Origin: Octopus vulgaris
Taxonomy: Eukaryota
DNA: 64,000 nt
Assembly (NCBI GenBank): GCA_951406725.2
Contig: OX597821.1
Location: forward strand, 64,666,001 to 64,730,000
Reading direction: 5' to 3'
The translations under genes were made by a program, and so were the position numbers. Shown here piece by piece: positions 14,085 to 27,272 of the stretch (positions are counted from its first letter, which is position 1; each line of letters begins with the position of its first letter). Below the pieces are notes generated by a model. That model worked only from the letters and a program-made list of their open reading frames with translations, was not told the origin of the DNA and searched no databases.

Positions 14085-14287
14085 TATGTTTCTGTGTCTG
14101 TGTTTGTCCCCAACATCGCTTGACAACCGATGCTGGTGTGTTTACGTCCCCGTAACTTAGCGGTTAGGCAAAAATGAGTGATAGAATAAGTAATAGGCTT
14201 ACAGAGAATAAGTCGTGGGGTCGATTTGTTCAACTAAAAGTGGTGTTCCAGCATGGCCGCAGTCAAATGACTGAAACAAGTAAAAGA
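14085..14287 (+). mobile_element. 3' half of OR-like SINE
   Basis: CGCTTGACAACCGATG...GTAACTTAGCGGTT...AAATGACTGAAACAAGTAAAAG matches the reverse complement of 28525-28720. Confidence 0.75.
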
Positions 14288-14792
14288 TATATAAATATAA
14301 ATAAATAAATAAATAAATAAATATATATATATATATATTTCTATATATAAAATGCGGTTTGGGTTAAAATGTCAACTATGTTCTGATATTTTAACCCAAT
14401 CCGCTAGTATTCGAAATCAGTACGTAAATATAATATTCATGTTAGGAATGCATAGGAGTTGCAATTACTGAAAAATTATTTTCTACAGACTTATTATATG
14501 TCAAAACCGGAGACCGAAAGAAGTTATTTGTATAATTTAAAAACCATTACACGTATTTCATTTGCTAATTGGAGTTATAAAACTGCATACGTAATTGAAT
14601 GCATATAAGATTTCAATTGTTAGAAATCATTAAGACTGAGAATCGAATAATATTACAAGTATTGTTTGATTCTTTGTCTGAAGAATTTCAAATAAGAAAT
14701 ATCGCTATTACATGTACAATTTCGAAACTCCAGCTCCTAGTATCAAATGAACTAGATGTGAGTAATGGTGAATAAAGCATACCCAAACTGTT

Positions 14793-14832
<40 letters not shown>

Positions 14833-15007
14833 TAAATATTAGGGAATAAATCCAAATTTACAGGGAAAAAAATCAGATTTAGGATTAAATCCAATTTTAT
14901 AGTAAAATATTATAAAATATTATTAGAGACAAAACCACTATTTTGCAAAACAAACAAGGAAAGACTTAATCAATACATAAAATTTTAATAAATAGTCAAA
15001 AAAACCG

Positions 15008-15050
15008 CCACTACAATCGTTTCTTGTCTTGATCGACAATATGCAGGTGG
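15008..15050 (-). ncRNA. Degenerate type I hammerhead ribozyme in the 3' pLTR
   Basis: Minus strand CCAC-CUGCAUA-UUGUCgaucaaGACAA-GAAA-CGAUUG-UA-GUGG; the CUGANGA core is mutated. Confidence 0.75.
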
Positions 15051-15646
15051 ACTTCAATCTAAAATATCAATATTTTAAAATATACAAATAATAATTTTAA
15101 AATAATTAAAGTATGAATGAAAAAATATAAATATATAATCCATATATAACCTATATATAATCCATATATAATCAATATATAAACAATATATAAACTAAAA
15201 TAAACCTATCAACAATTAAATATAAAATATAAAATATAAAATCTAAAATATAAAACAAAACAAAAAAATAATAATAATATAATAATAAACTATATATACA
15301 CCCATACACATATACCTAATTATATATAACCATATCTAACTACATACACTAAACCACACACCTATATATATATCCCTATACATACACATAAAAACGTCTA
15401 GGCAACTATAAATAAATAAAATAGCTAAATACTTCAACACAATACTTATTCATACTCCCACACACACACACATACAACCCACATTCACGCTCTAGAAAAC
15501 GGACATCACTCAAAATTATGAACGGAGAAATGGAATAAATGGAATTAAAAATTATATTCACTTGGTAAAACGAACACTACTTAAAAATTATGAATGAAAC
15601 AATGCAATAAAACAACAGACATCGCAAATATACACAAATTACTACG

Positions 15647-18600
15647 AATTCCTTAACAAACCTACCATGATAAACCAAAACTCACAAAAACATATAATGA
15701 TAAAATCTCCCTTTACTAAACTCTATAACATACCTATATAGCAATCCCCCTAACCTAAACATTCACACACAAATACACACACGTAAACCACACACCCACG
15801 ACATATACAAATACCCACACCACTTACACATACCAATACATCCATATAAACCTCAACATATACTCCAAAAACCCACTCAACCCCACACAGACAAATGAAC
15901 ACAAAAATTATGAATGGATTCTTTTATAAAACTACCATGATAAGCTAAAACTCACAAAACAGAAATGATAAAACCTCCCTTTACTAAACACTATAACATA
16001 CTTATATAGCAATCCCTTTAACCTATACATTCACACACAAAAACACACATGTAAACCACACACCCATAACAAATACAAACACCCACCCCACTCACACACA
16101 CCCACAAGTACATATAAGCCTCAACATATACACGAACAAAATTACTTTACCAAGGAACTTAACATATGTATAAAAAGTATAACCGCTCCGGAAACGAACA
16201 TCTCTAAATTAATGAATGGAGAAATGGAATAAATGGAATTAAAAATAATATTCACGTGGCAAAACGAACACCACTCAAAAATTATGAATGAAACAATGCA
16301 ATAAAACAACCAACATCGAAAATAGACAAATTACCACGAATTCCCTAAAAAAACCATGATAAACCAAAACTCTTAAAAACATATAACGATAAAATCTCCC
16401 TTTGCTAAACTCTATAACAAACCTATATAGCAATCCCCCTAACCTAAACATTCACACACAAATACACACACGTAAACCACAGACCCACGACTTATACACA
16501 TACCTATACTAACTTATAAACCTCAATATACACCAAAATCCACTCCCTCCACACACAGACAAATTAACACATACATCCCAAAACCTAAATAACAAACCCA
16601 TATACACATTCACACACAAACACACACACACGCAAAACACACACACACAACAGATACATATACTCACTCACATAAACGCATATACATACTCACTAAACTC
16701 GATATATACAACAATATTTACACACCCACACTCATACAGATAAATAAATTATACAACTAAAAACTCACACACAATCTCATATACATAAACACTCCTATGA
16801 AAACAACATTAAATACATCGTAATTAACCAGAATATCAAAAATAACAATATCAAAAATAACAATATGACATAAGGATAAATAAAATACATACTTACAAGT
16901 CAGTTTCAAATTATAAAGTGAAATTAAATTCTTAGCCGTTAAAAAAATCAAACCAAAATTACGTTACCATAGAAATAACTTATGTAAAAAAAGAATACGC
17001 GTCATGGAAAGTAAACGTCATTTAAAATTATGAATGGAGAAAAAGAATAAATGGAACTAAAAACTATCTCCACGTGGCAAACCAACACTACTTAAAAAAA
17101 TTTATTATGAATGGATTCTTTAAAAAACTACCATGAAAAATCATTATATACATTAATGAGCTTTAGCTCACCTTAGCAGCTCTAACAAACAACTTGCAGC
17201 AACCCAAACCTATTCTCGATGCCTACCTCACTACTACACTATTCCACTCACAATTCCAAGCAACGCTAGTCCACCACCCGGTTACAATTCCCAACTCCAC
17301 CCATTCATTCACAATTTCAACGACGTTCGCCTCCACAGCGCTACATATAAGCCTCAACATATACACCGGAGATTCACATCCGTGCGAATGGGTGAGATTA
17401 ATTCCTTAACAAACCTACCAAGATAAACCAAAACTCACAAAACATATAATGATAAAATCTCCCTTTACTAAACTCTATAACATACCTATATAGCAATCCC
17501 CCTAACCTAAACATTCACACACAAATACACACACGTAAACCACACACCCACGACATATACAGATACCCACACCACTTACACATACCAATACATACATATA
17601 ATCCTCAACATATACTCCAAAACCCACTCAACCCCACACATACAAATAAACACAAAAATTATGAATGGATTCTTTTATAAAACTACCATGATAAGCTAAA
17701 ACTCACAAAACAGAAATAATAAAACCTCCCTTTACTAAACACTATAACATACTTATATAGCAATCCCTTTATCTATACATTCACACACAAAAACACACAC
17801 GTAAACCACACACCCATAACAAATACAAACACCCACCCCACTCACACACACCCACAAGTACAAATAAGCCTCAACATATACACCAAACAAAATTACTTTA
17901 CCAAGGAACTTAACATATGTATAAAAAATATAACCGCTCTGGAAACGAACATCTCTAAATTTATGAATGGAGAAATGGAATAAATGGAATTAAAAATAAT
18001 ATTCACGTGGCAAAACGAACACCACTCAAAAATTATGAATGAAACAATGTAATAAAACAACCAACATCGAAAAAAGACAAATCACCACGAATTCCCTAAA
18101 AAAAACCATGATAAACCAAATCTCTTAAAACCTATAACGATAAAATCTCCCTTTGCTAAACTCTATAACAAACCTATATAGCAATCCCCCTAACCTAAAC
18201 ATTCACACACAAATACACACACTTAAACCACAGACCCACGACTTATACACATACCTATACTAACTTATAAACCTCAATATACACCAAAACCCACTCCCTC
18301 ACCACACAGACAAATTAACACATACATCCCAAAACCTAAATAACAAACCCATATACACATTCACACACAAACACACACACACGCAAAACACACACACACA
18401 ACAGATACATATACTCCCTCACATATACGCATATACATACTCACTAAACTCGATATATACAACAATATTTACACACCCACACTCATACAGATAAATAAAT
18501 TATACAACTAAAAATTCACACACAATCTCATATACATAAACACTCCTATGAAAACAACATTAAATACATCGTAATTAACCAGAATATCAAAAATAACAAT

Positions 18601-19139
18601 ATGACATAAGGATAAATAAAAAACATACTTACAAGTCAGTTTCAAATTATGAAGTGAAATTAAATTCTTAGCCGTTAAAAAAATCAAACCAAAATTACGT
18701 TACCATAGAAATAACTTATGTAAAAAAAGAATACGCGCCATGGAAAGTAAACGTCATTTAAAATTATGAATGGAGAAAAAGAATAAATGGAACTAAAAAC
18801 TATATCCACGTGGCAAACCAACACTACTTAAAAAAATTTATTATGAATGGATTCTTTAAAAAAACTACCATGAAAAATCATTATATACATTTATGAGCTT
18901 TAGCTCACCTTAGCAGCTCTAACAAACAACTTGCAGCAACCCAACCCATTCTCAATGCCTACCTCACTACTACACTATTCCACTCACAATTCCAAGCAAC
19001 GCTAGTCCACCACCCGGTTACAATTCCCAACTCCACCCATTCATTCACAATTTCAACGACGTTCGCCTCCACAGCGCTACATATAAGCCTCAACATACAC
19101 ACCGGAGATTCACTTACACAACCGTGCGGATGGGTGAGA
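15647..19139. repeat. Two ~1.75 kb tandem units with nested sub-repeats in the PLE 3' region
   Basis: AATTCCTTAACAAACCTACCA at 15647 and 17400; both units end at GGGTGAGA (~17397, ~19139). Confidence 0.9.
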
Positions 19140-20308
19140 GTATACATTGAGTGTAGTGATAGGGCTCCCATTACTATACACATTTGTACCTGTGTGGTAG
19201 TCTCCATGTGTATATTCACGCCCGGGTATAAATGCAGGGGGTACACGCGCACGTCATTAGCGTGTACCCCCTCACATGTACATATGCATGCTATTTGGGC
19301 TCGATATATGCAACAATGTAATCGCGCCCGCATACATGCATATGGGCGAGTTGCACAATCAAAAAACGCACACATGTGTATGTACGTTCCCTGGTTGTGC
19401 AATTCACCCATCTTGGTGTGAATGGGTGTAAACGTATCGCTGTAGATGTCAAGCTTGATACGTATGTATATGAGTGTGTTTTGGGGGGTTGTACGTATTT
19501 ATTGTATGCATGTGCTTCACGCACGTGCGTCCATGTATGGATGAATATATTGGGATTGCTATGTGGGTGTAAATTGGGTATGGAGTGGGGAGTTATGTCA
19601 TTGTATGGGTGTGGGTTTCATATGTGATGGTGGTTAGTTGGTAATTTTGGTATGTTCTGTATATTTGGGTTAGTTATGTATTATTCTAGTGTGTATAATT
19701 GTATACATATGATTTGTGTGAGTGGGATTACGCCCATTATTGGGGATGTATGTGTTTATTTATCCATATGGGGCGGGAGTGGCCGTTAGGTGTATATGTT
19801 GAGGCTCACATGCAATTCCAGGTACAGCGAATGAAGTGGGCACTTATATTTGTTATGGGTGTGTGTACTTTATTATAACAGACAATACCCAAATAAAATC
19901 TGTCAATTCAACATACCAAATAAAAAACAAAAAACAAAGGGATCATAAACATTCACACATACATACAAAACTCAATAAAAACACCACTAAATAACACCCA
20001 TCAACATATAAATATATCCTCCAAAATACATATAGCAAATGCATTATAAAAATACATAATAAAATAAAATAAAAAAATAAAAAAATAAAAAAATATATAA
20101 AGAAAGAAAATAAAAAATCTAATATAAATTATTAAAGTTTTAACATACCATATACTGTTAAAATAATATACATTAAAAATGAACTAATTAAAACAAAGAA
20201 ATATCAATAAAGACTAACTATAATTAAATCCTAGACAACATAACCATAAATATATTATCTAAACTAATTTAAACTAAACTAAAGTAACCTAAAAGGGAAC
20301 TATTATTG

Positions 20309-21680
20309 CTATTTATCATGAAACTTATTATATAGGTAAAGTAACTTATGTCTGCATTTTATTTTGCGCTCTTCACCAGTATTAAGTAAATTATCATACT
20401 TATAAAATAAAATTTCTTTAAACTCATTAGAGCATAAATAACAACAATTAGCTCCTATAGTATATGATTTAGTTTTACAAATTATTTCCCAAATTAAACT
20501 ATAATTAATATTTAGTGATTTAAGACTCCAAATGTACTTACTAAGTCCGGTTGAGTTGATTAAGTTTTTATTTTTAAAAGAATTCATATGTTGTGCGATT
20601 CTTAGTTTTATTTTTGAGGAAGTAGAACCTATATAAACCGCTTTTGTGTAATTATTATTCTTAAAGTTATTATCATGTAATGTAACTATACATTTATACA
20701 CTACATCGTTAATATCACAATTATTTTTTAATATACAATTAGATTTATCTCTACATGTACAATTAATATAAGTGTTATCATTATTAATATTATTATCAAA
20801 TAATTTCTTTTTATAAAAATTATTCAGTTTATATTTATTAAATGAAGAAATAATGTTACCAACATTATTAGTGGTAGAGTAACCAACTCCAAAATTATTA
20901 AAAGAGAAAATGTTTCTATATTTACGATTATCTCTAATAAATAGTTCTATAACATCTAAAATCTCTTTAATAATATTCGTTTTTACTTGATCTCCATAAG
21001 GAACTATTAACCAAATTTTATTCTTATTAATCTTATTATTATTATCATTATTATAAATATATTTATAATTCTTTATTTTATTAAAATTATTATCAGAATT
21101 ATATCTATGTACAGCATTTAAGGAATTATTAATATTATTAAATTTATCAATATAATTATAATAATTATTAAATTTATTTTTATTTTTATTATTCTTATTT
21201 ATATTATTATTATTATATTTATTATTATTATTATTATTCTTATTTATATTTTTATCAGTTTTATTATTTTTTTATAATATCTATTAATTTTACCACTAAA
21301 CCTAACAAAATTATAATTATTATTAGAAGTATCTCGAAAATTAACAATTAAATCTTTATCACTAATATTATAAAATTTAATATTCCTATTATAACCTGCC
21401 CCTCTAAGGGCCTCATTATAATATTAGCATGTTTATTAAAAATCTCTATATCATAAGAGAGTAATGAAATACGTTTACTTATATTATTAATCAACGATTT
21501 TTTAATAGAAAATGGGTGATTACTATTAACATTTATATATCTAAGGTTCTCATTAAGTTTATGATATGATTGTGTTTTACCTGTAATTAGATTAAAATTA
21601 ACATCTAAATAATTAACATTATAATTCTCCTTATATATAGTAATACTTAAACCATATCTTTTAAAGAAACTATATAATTA
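20309..21680 (-). pseudogene. PLE ORF C-terminal part: RT thumb, Asn-rich linker, Cys-rich motif and GIY-YIG endonuclease
   Basis: FFKRYGLSIT...NYLDVNFNL...YINVNSNHP...YNEALRGAGY; KIWLIVPYG; CTCRDKSNC...VVYKC...VYIGST...RIAQH...CYLC..E...LLN...KCRH. One-nt frameshifts near 21424 and 21270. Confidence 0.9.
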
Positions 21681-22191
21681 CTACTTTAGAGGCCTTATTA
21701 ATATTATAAAGAATATCATCTGGAACAATTTTATATTTTTTAATTATTTCTTTCCCTAATAGTTTATCATATAATTTAACATCTAATTTATATAAGTTCC
21801 TTGTTTTATCAGATTGTACTATAATACCATCCATATTTCTCATATCTTTAATTTTAATTGCTAAATTCCTTAAATATTCATTATTTCTATTAGGGTATTT
21901 ATGGAATTCAATATTTTTTACCACCTTCCATATACTATCTTCAAGTAATTGTAATTCTTTATTAAATGGAGGTTCCTTTCTAGATTTAAATTTAGAGGTA
22001 AAATTATCATTCCTACTTTTAATATCATTAAATAAATAAAAATTATAGTAAAAAGCTTTCCATTTAATTCTAGAAATAAAATCTTTAACATTATTAACAA
22101 GTTTCAAGATAAATTCCTTTCTAGAAGGAATAGGAATATCTTTCAAAGATGAATCCCAAAACAGCGGTTCTATCTTACCTGTAAAATCCAT
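21670..22191 (-). pseudogene. PLE ORF N-terminal part, truncated by internal deletion of the RT core
   Basis: MDFTGK...SSLKDIPIPSRKEFILKL...RIKWKAFYY...IIVQSDKTRNLYKL (SDKT motif typical of PLE RT N-termini). Confidence 0.88.
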
Positions 22192-22425
22192 AATTTACGA
22201 AATTGAGGTATTACACTCAATATACAAAATTATCAATATTATATAAATAATAAATATTAGGGAATAAATCCAAATTTACAGGGAAAAAAATCAGATTTAG
22301 GATTAAATCCAATTTTATAGTAAAATATTATAAAATATTATTAGAGACAAAACCACTATTTTGCAAAACAAACAAGGAAAGACTTAATCAATACATAAAA
22401 TTTTAATAAATAGTCAAAAAAACCG

Positions 22426-22468
22426 CCACTACAATCGTTTCTTGTCTTGATCGACAATCTTCAGGTGG
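22426..22468 (-). ncRNA. Minimal type I hammerhead ribozyme in the 5' pLTR
   Basis: Minus strand CCAC-CUGAAGA-UUGUCgaucaaGACAA-GAAA-CGAUUG-UA-GUGG: intact core, stem I CCAC/GUGG, 5-bp stem II, GUA cleavage triplet. Confidence 0.9.
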
Positions 22469-23853
22469 ACTTCAATCTAAAATATCAATATTTTAAAATA
22501 TACAAATAATAATTTTAAAATAATTAAAGTATGAATGAAAAAATATAAATATATAATCCATATATAACCTATATATAATCCATATATAATCAATATATAA
22601 ACAATATATAAACTAAAATAAACCTATCAACAATTAAATATAAAATATAAAAATAAAATATAAAGTATAAAACAAAACAAAAAATAATAATAATATAATA
22701 ATAAACTATATATACACCCATACACATATACCTAATTATATATAACCATATCTAACTACATACACTAAACCACACACCTATATATATATCCCTATACATA
22801 CACATAAAAACGTCTAGGCAACTATAAATAAATAAAATAGCTAAATACTTATGGGTGTGTGGTTTACATGTGTGTTTTTGTGTGTGAATGTATAGGTTAA
22901 AGGGATTGCTATATAAGTATGTTATAGTGTTTAGTAAAGGGAGGTTTTATCATTTCTGTTTTGTGAGTTTTAGCTTATCATGGTAGTTTTATAAAAGAAT
23001 CCATTCATAATTTTTGTGTTTATTTGTCTGTGTGGGGTTGAGTGGGTTTTTGGAGTATATGTTGAGGTTTATATGTATGTATTGGTATGTGTAAGTGGTG
23101 TGGGTATTTGTATATGTCGTGGGTGTGTGGTTTACGTGTGTGTATTTGTGTGTGAATGTTTAGGTTAGGGGGATTGCTATATAGGTATGTTATAGAGTTT
23201 AGTAAAGGGAGATTTTATCATTATATGTTTTTGTGAGTTTTGGTTTATCATGGTAGGTTTGTTAAGGAATTCGTAGTAATTTGTGTATATTTGCGATGTC
23301 TGTTGTTTTATTGCATTGTTTCATTCATAATTTTTAAGTAGTGTTCGTTTTACCAAGTGAATATAATTTTTAATTCCATTTATTCCATTTCTCCGTTCAT
23401 AATTTTGAGTGATGTCCGTTTTCTAGAGCGTGAATGTGGGTTGTATGTGTGTGTGTGTGGGAGTATGAATAAGTATTGTGTTGAAGTATTTAGCTATTTT
23501 ATTTATTTATAGTTGCCTAGACGTTTTTATGTGTATGTATAGGGATATATATATAGGTGTGTGGTTTAGTGTATGTAGTTAGATATGGTTATATATAATT
23601 AGGTATATGTGTATGGGTGTATATATAGTTTATTATTATATTATTATTATTTTTTTGTTTTGTTTTATATTTTATATTTTATATTTAATTGTTGATAGGT
23701 TTATTTTAGTTTATATATTGTTTATATATTGATTATATATGGATTATATATAGGTTATATATGGATTATATATTTATATTTTTTCATTCATACTTTAATT
23801 ATTTTAAAATTATTATTTGTATATTTTAAAATATTGATATTTTAGATTGAAGT

Positions 23854-23896
23854 CCACCTGAAGATTGTCGATCAAGACAAGAAACGATTGTAGTGG
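23854..23896 (+). ncRNA. Minimal type I hammerhead ribozyme in the inverted pLTR
   Basis: CCACCTGAAGATTGTCGATCAAGACAAGAAACGATTGTAGTGG, identical to the 22426-22468 motif. Confidence 0.9.
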
Positions 23897-24759
23897 CGGT
23901 TTTTTTGACTATTTATTAAAATTTTATGTATTGATTAAGTCTTTCCTTGTTTGTTTTGCAAAATAGTGGTTTTGTCTCTAATATATTTTATATATATATA
24001 TATATATGTACATATATATATATATATATATATTCGCAAAACTTGTCTTTGAGCCTTCTGTCTCCTTTAAACAACCATGTTTTAAACATTTCTAAGATTC
24101 TTCATCAGCTTCATCCAATGTTTGTTGGGAAAGCGCCCTGAGTTGGACTTTCTATTTCCGATTGACGATCTTTGTACCATTAGCTCTCATTTGGTACCCA
24201 TAGAGGGTGTCACCATTGTCATTAATCATCTTCTCAATCAGTGTGGCCTGCAACATTCTTTCATCGCAACCTCTCAGATAGGCATGCAAGAACTTGTTCT
24301 CCTTCACAACACTATCTTTTGTGCCACCCAATCTTCTTTATTACTAGGTTAACAAATCCTTGCTGCATTACGTCAATTACAGAAACACTCATCCATGGCC
24401 ATTATCTTATTAGTTGTCTTGTCCATGCTGACCTGTTCCTCTCTTGTCCATCACAACTCCCGTTCAGTAGTTTAGCATATATACAGTCCAAGCAGTGTTG
24501 TCTTTGATCAAGTTTCATAAAGGCAGTTTGAAACTACATAGCTTTTTCCCTTTTCTGGAATATTCGGCGGAAATTTTTTCCTTCATCTTGGTGTTCACGT
24601 TCTGTGTCCGTTCATTTGTCTTATGCAATCATCATCAGGAGGTTGTATTCTTATATGTAGGTTTGGTAATGTAAGCAGAAAAAATAGTACCCAGAACATG
24701 CATATATATAATCTTCTAAATTAAAACCAGCATGGCTTTAGCTGAGGCAGGAACTATCT

Positions 24760-25420
24760 AACACAGCTCTTACAGTACATCGATGATGTCTTTAAAGCCT
24801 TGGGATTAGGTTCAAAATCTGATTTTATATATCTTGACTTCAGTAAAGCGTTCGACAGAGCCGACCACAACAGCCTACTCTCAAAATTGTCAAATATTGG
24901 AATCCGTTGATAACTACTAAATTGGACCGAGCATTTCCTGGAGGACGAAATACATGTTGTGGTCAGTGGAATCCATTCAAGCCCAGTAAAAGTTACCAAT
25001 TGTGTCCCCCATGGGATTGTGTCGGCCCCTCTTCCGTTTATAATGCATATAAATGACATTTGAAGTGTCATCAAACACATCAAAATAAAAATATCCTCCG
25101 GTGACTCCAAGCTACAGAAGATTATAAAAAGACCGAATTTAAGTCCAGTTTCATCTACATGTCGTAAGTTAATAGGTAGAGAAACACAAAATGCGGGAAA
25201 ATTTGAACTGATGCATTTTGGGAAAATGCTAAAACAACTATATTCTCTTCCTTCTAGATAACCATTAACAGCATTTATAATATCAGAGAACTGGTAGTAA
25301 TTGCTAACAAAAATCTGAGCTGGGGTGCACATCAACAATAATGTCCATATAGTTCGTAACATCAGACCTTAGATTTTAAGAACATTCCGGTTCAGAGAAC
25401 AAGGTGTCATCATTCCTGAG
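24760..25420 (+). mobile_element. Decayed CR1/L2-like LINE RT fragment
   Basis: Translates to DFIYLDFSKAFDRADHNSLLSKL...VPHGIVSAPLPFIMHINDI, with stops. Confidence 0.8.
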
Positions 25421-26031
25421 ATGTACGGTCCATAGACAACAGATATCCTTCCCACAATATTGCCAGATACATCTCAGTGAGCACATTGACAGATGTGGAG
25501 AAGAACTGTAACCACAATTCCTAATCTTCCAATTATATCAATGTGCTACTGGGATCTCAACACAAGTACAACTAAATTAAGAGGCCTCATTAATCGAAAA
25601 ATATAAGCCGGAATTTAATTACAAACCCATATTGAAAATTAAAGATTTACCCCATCTATTGTAAGAATCAAATGTAGACCAATATAAAAAATTACAGATT
25701 TACCTCTCCTTTACTGCAAAATACCTCGGTTACCAAAATATCTAATTCATAAATTCATCCAAGACTCATAATTTGAAAAGCGATAACGAAGCCGGTTATT
25801 ATGTTGGAAGAAAAATCCTTATTTTGTAAAATATTGTATAATACTTTTGCTATTGTGATTCTAATATATTCTTTAGTCTTTTATACATACATATATAAAC
25901 ACACACGCATGTAATGTTTGTCTGTGTTTGTGTGCGTGCATGTGCGATTGTTTCTTTTGATCGACAGATGTTGCAGAGTACCTCAAAGGCCGAGACTTTA
26001 GTGCTTTTGTACTTTTATCTCTCTATCTCTG

Positions 26032-26062
<31 letters not shown>

Positions 26063-26919
26063 ACCTATCTATCTATCTATCTGTGAATGCATGTATTTAT
26101 GTGTGGCTATGTACACGCATGCATTGATGTGTAAAGCCAAATACAGCTTTGTTTTTATTATGCCAACTGTAATTCAAGAATAGTTTTATCATTCTTGTTT
26201 TTCTATGTAATTTGGATTTTTTTCGGAATTCTGCCTATTCTATAATGGCTCCAGTAGAATTTCTGGGAATAGTGTTGCTTGTTAGAGAGCTGGTAAATTT
26301 ATAAAAGAATCGCTTGACATTTTTGTTTGCAAGGTTCAAGTAGGACAACAGTTTTAAATGCCTGCATGAATTCAATGAATTTCCAGAAATTTGATTATCC
26401 CCTTTCACGAATTCAAACCATTCTTGAAAAGAATTCTGACTGAACTTTTAAAATGTTTCTCTATTGCTAGTAACATTGTTATTTCGTTCTTTTGTTTGTT
26501 ATTAATATTTTCCGTTTTCATTGTTATACTTCCCGGTTTTGTTTTGTTTTATTGTTTTTTTTTTATGTAGTTCCTTATTTAACGTTTTTTTCTTTCCTTT
26601 CTTTTTTCTGTTCTTGCTTTTGTAATTCTAGCTTAATTTCTTCTTTTCACTATTTCTGTTTTGCCTTCAATCTGAAATTATTCTATCTATCAAAGCAAAC
26701 GTAGTAAAACTAACAATAACAAAAAGAATTAAATAAATATTATTTTTTTTTTTAAATAAGAGAAATAAATAAAATAAAAACATGCACCTCTGGAAAGAAA
26801 GAAAGAAAGAAAGAAAGTAAAGCAAAATTCGAATGAAACATAATACAAAAATTACTAAATAAATCCCGAAAGCACACGAACAACATTACAAACCAATTAT
26901 TTTATAAATCAAAGCATTA

Positions 26920-26972
<53 letters not shown>

Positions 26973-27009
26973 CAACAATAACAACAACAATAATAATAAT
27001 AATAATAAC

Positions 27010-27061
<52 letters not shown>

Positions 27062-27272
27062 GTAATGATGATAATGATGATGATAATAATAAGGAGACGA
27101 AGAAGAAGAAGAAGAAGAAGAAGAAGAAGAAGAAGAAGAAGAAGAAGAAGAAAAAGAAGAAGAAGAAGAAGAAGAAGAAGAAGAAGAAGAAGAAGAAGAA
27201 GAAGAAGAAGAAGAAGAAGAAGAAGAAGAAGAAGAAGAAGAAGAAGAAGAAGAAGAAGAAGAAGAAGAAGAA
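26920..27272. repeat. (AAT)n and (GAA)n microsatellites
   Basis: Directly visible. Confidence 0.97.

Larger units (their letters stand above)
14822..23983 (-). mobile_element. Penelope-like retroelement (Naiad-type), RT core deleted, with direct and inverted pseudo-LTRs, inserted in (TA)n
   Basis: Direct repeat 14822-15434 = 22240-22850. 22851-23983 is the reverse complement of 14921-16067. ORF remnants include the SLKDIPIP N-terminus, RT thumb and C-terminal GIY-YIG. HHR motifs lie in the repeats and (TA)n flanks both sides. Confidence 0.92.

Noticed and set aside
15434-19139. CRISPR-like recurrence of short motifs
   Set aside because: The intervening sequences are themselves repeated, the spacing is irregular and the context is eukaryotic.
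20309-20780. Selenocysteine recoding, reported for some Naiad PLEs
   Set aside because: The Cys codons read in this region are ordinary Cys codons, and no in-frame TGA was seen.
24754-25362. 202-aa minus-strand ORF
   Set aside because: It is the antisense shadow of the + strand CR1-like RT fragment.
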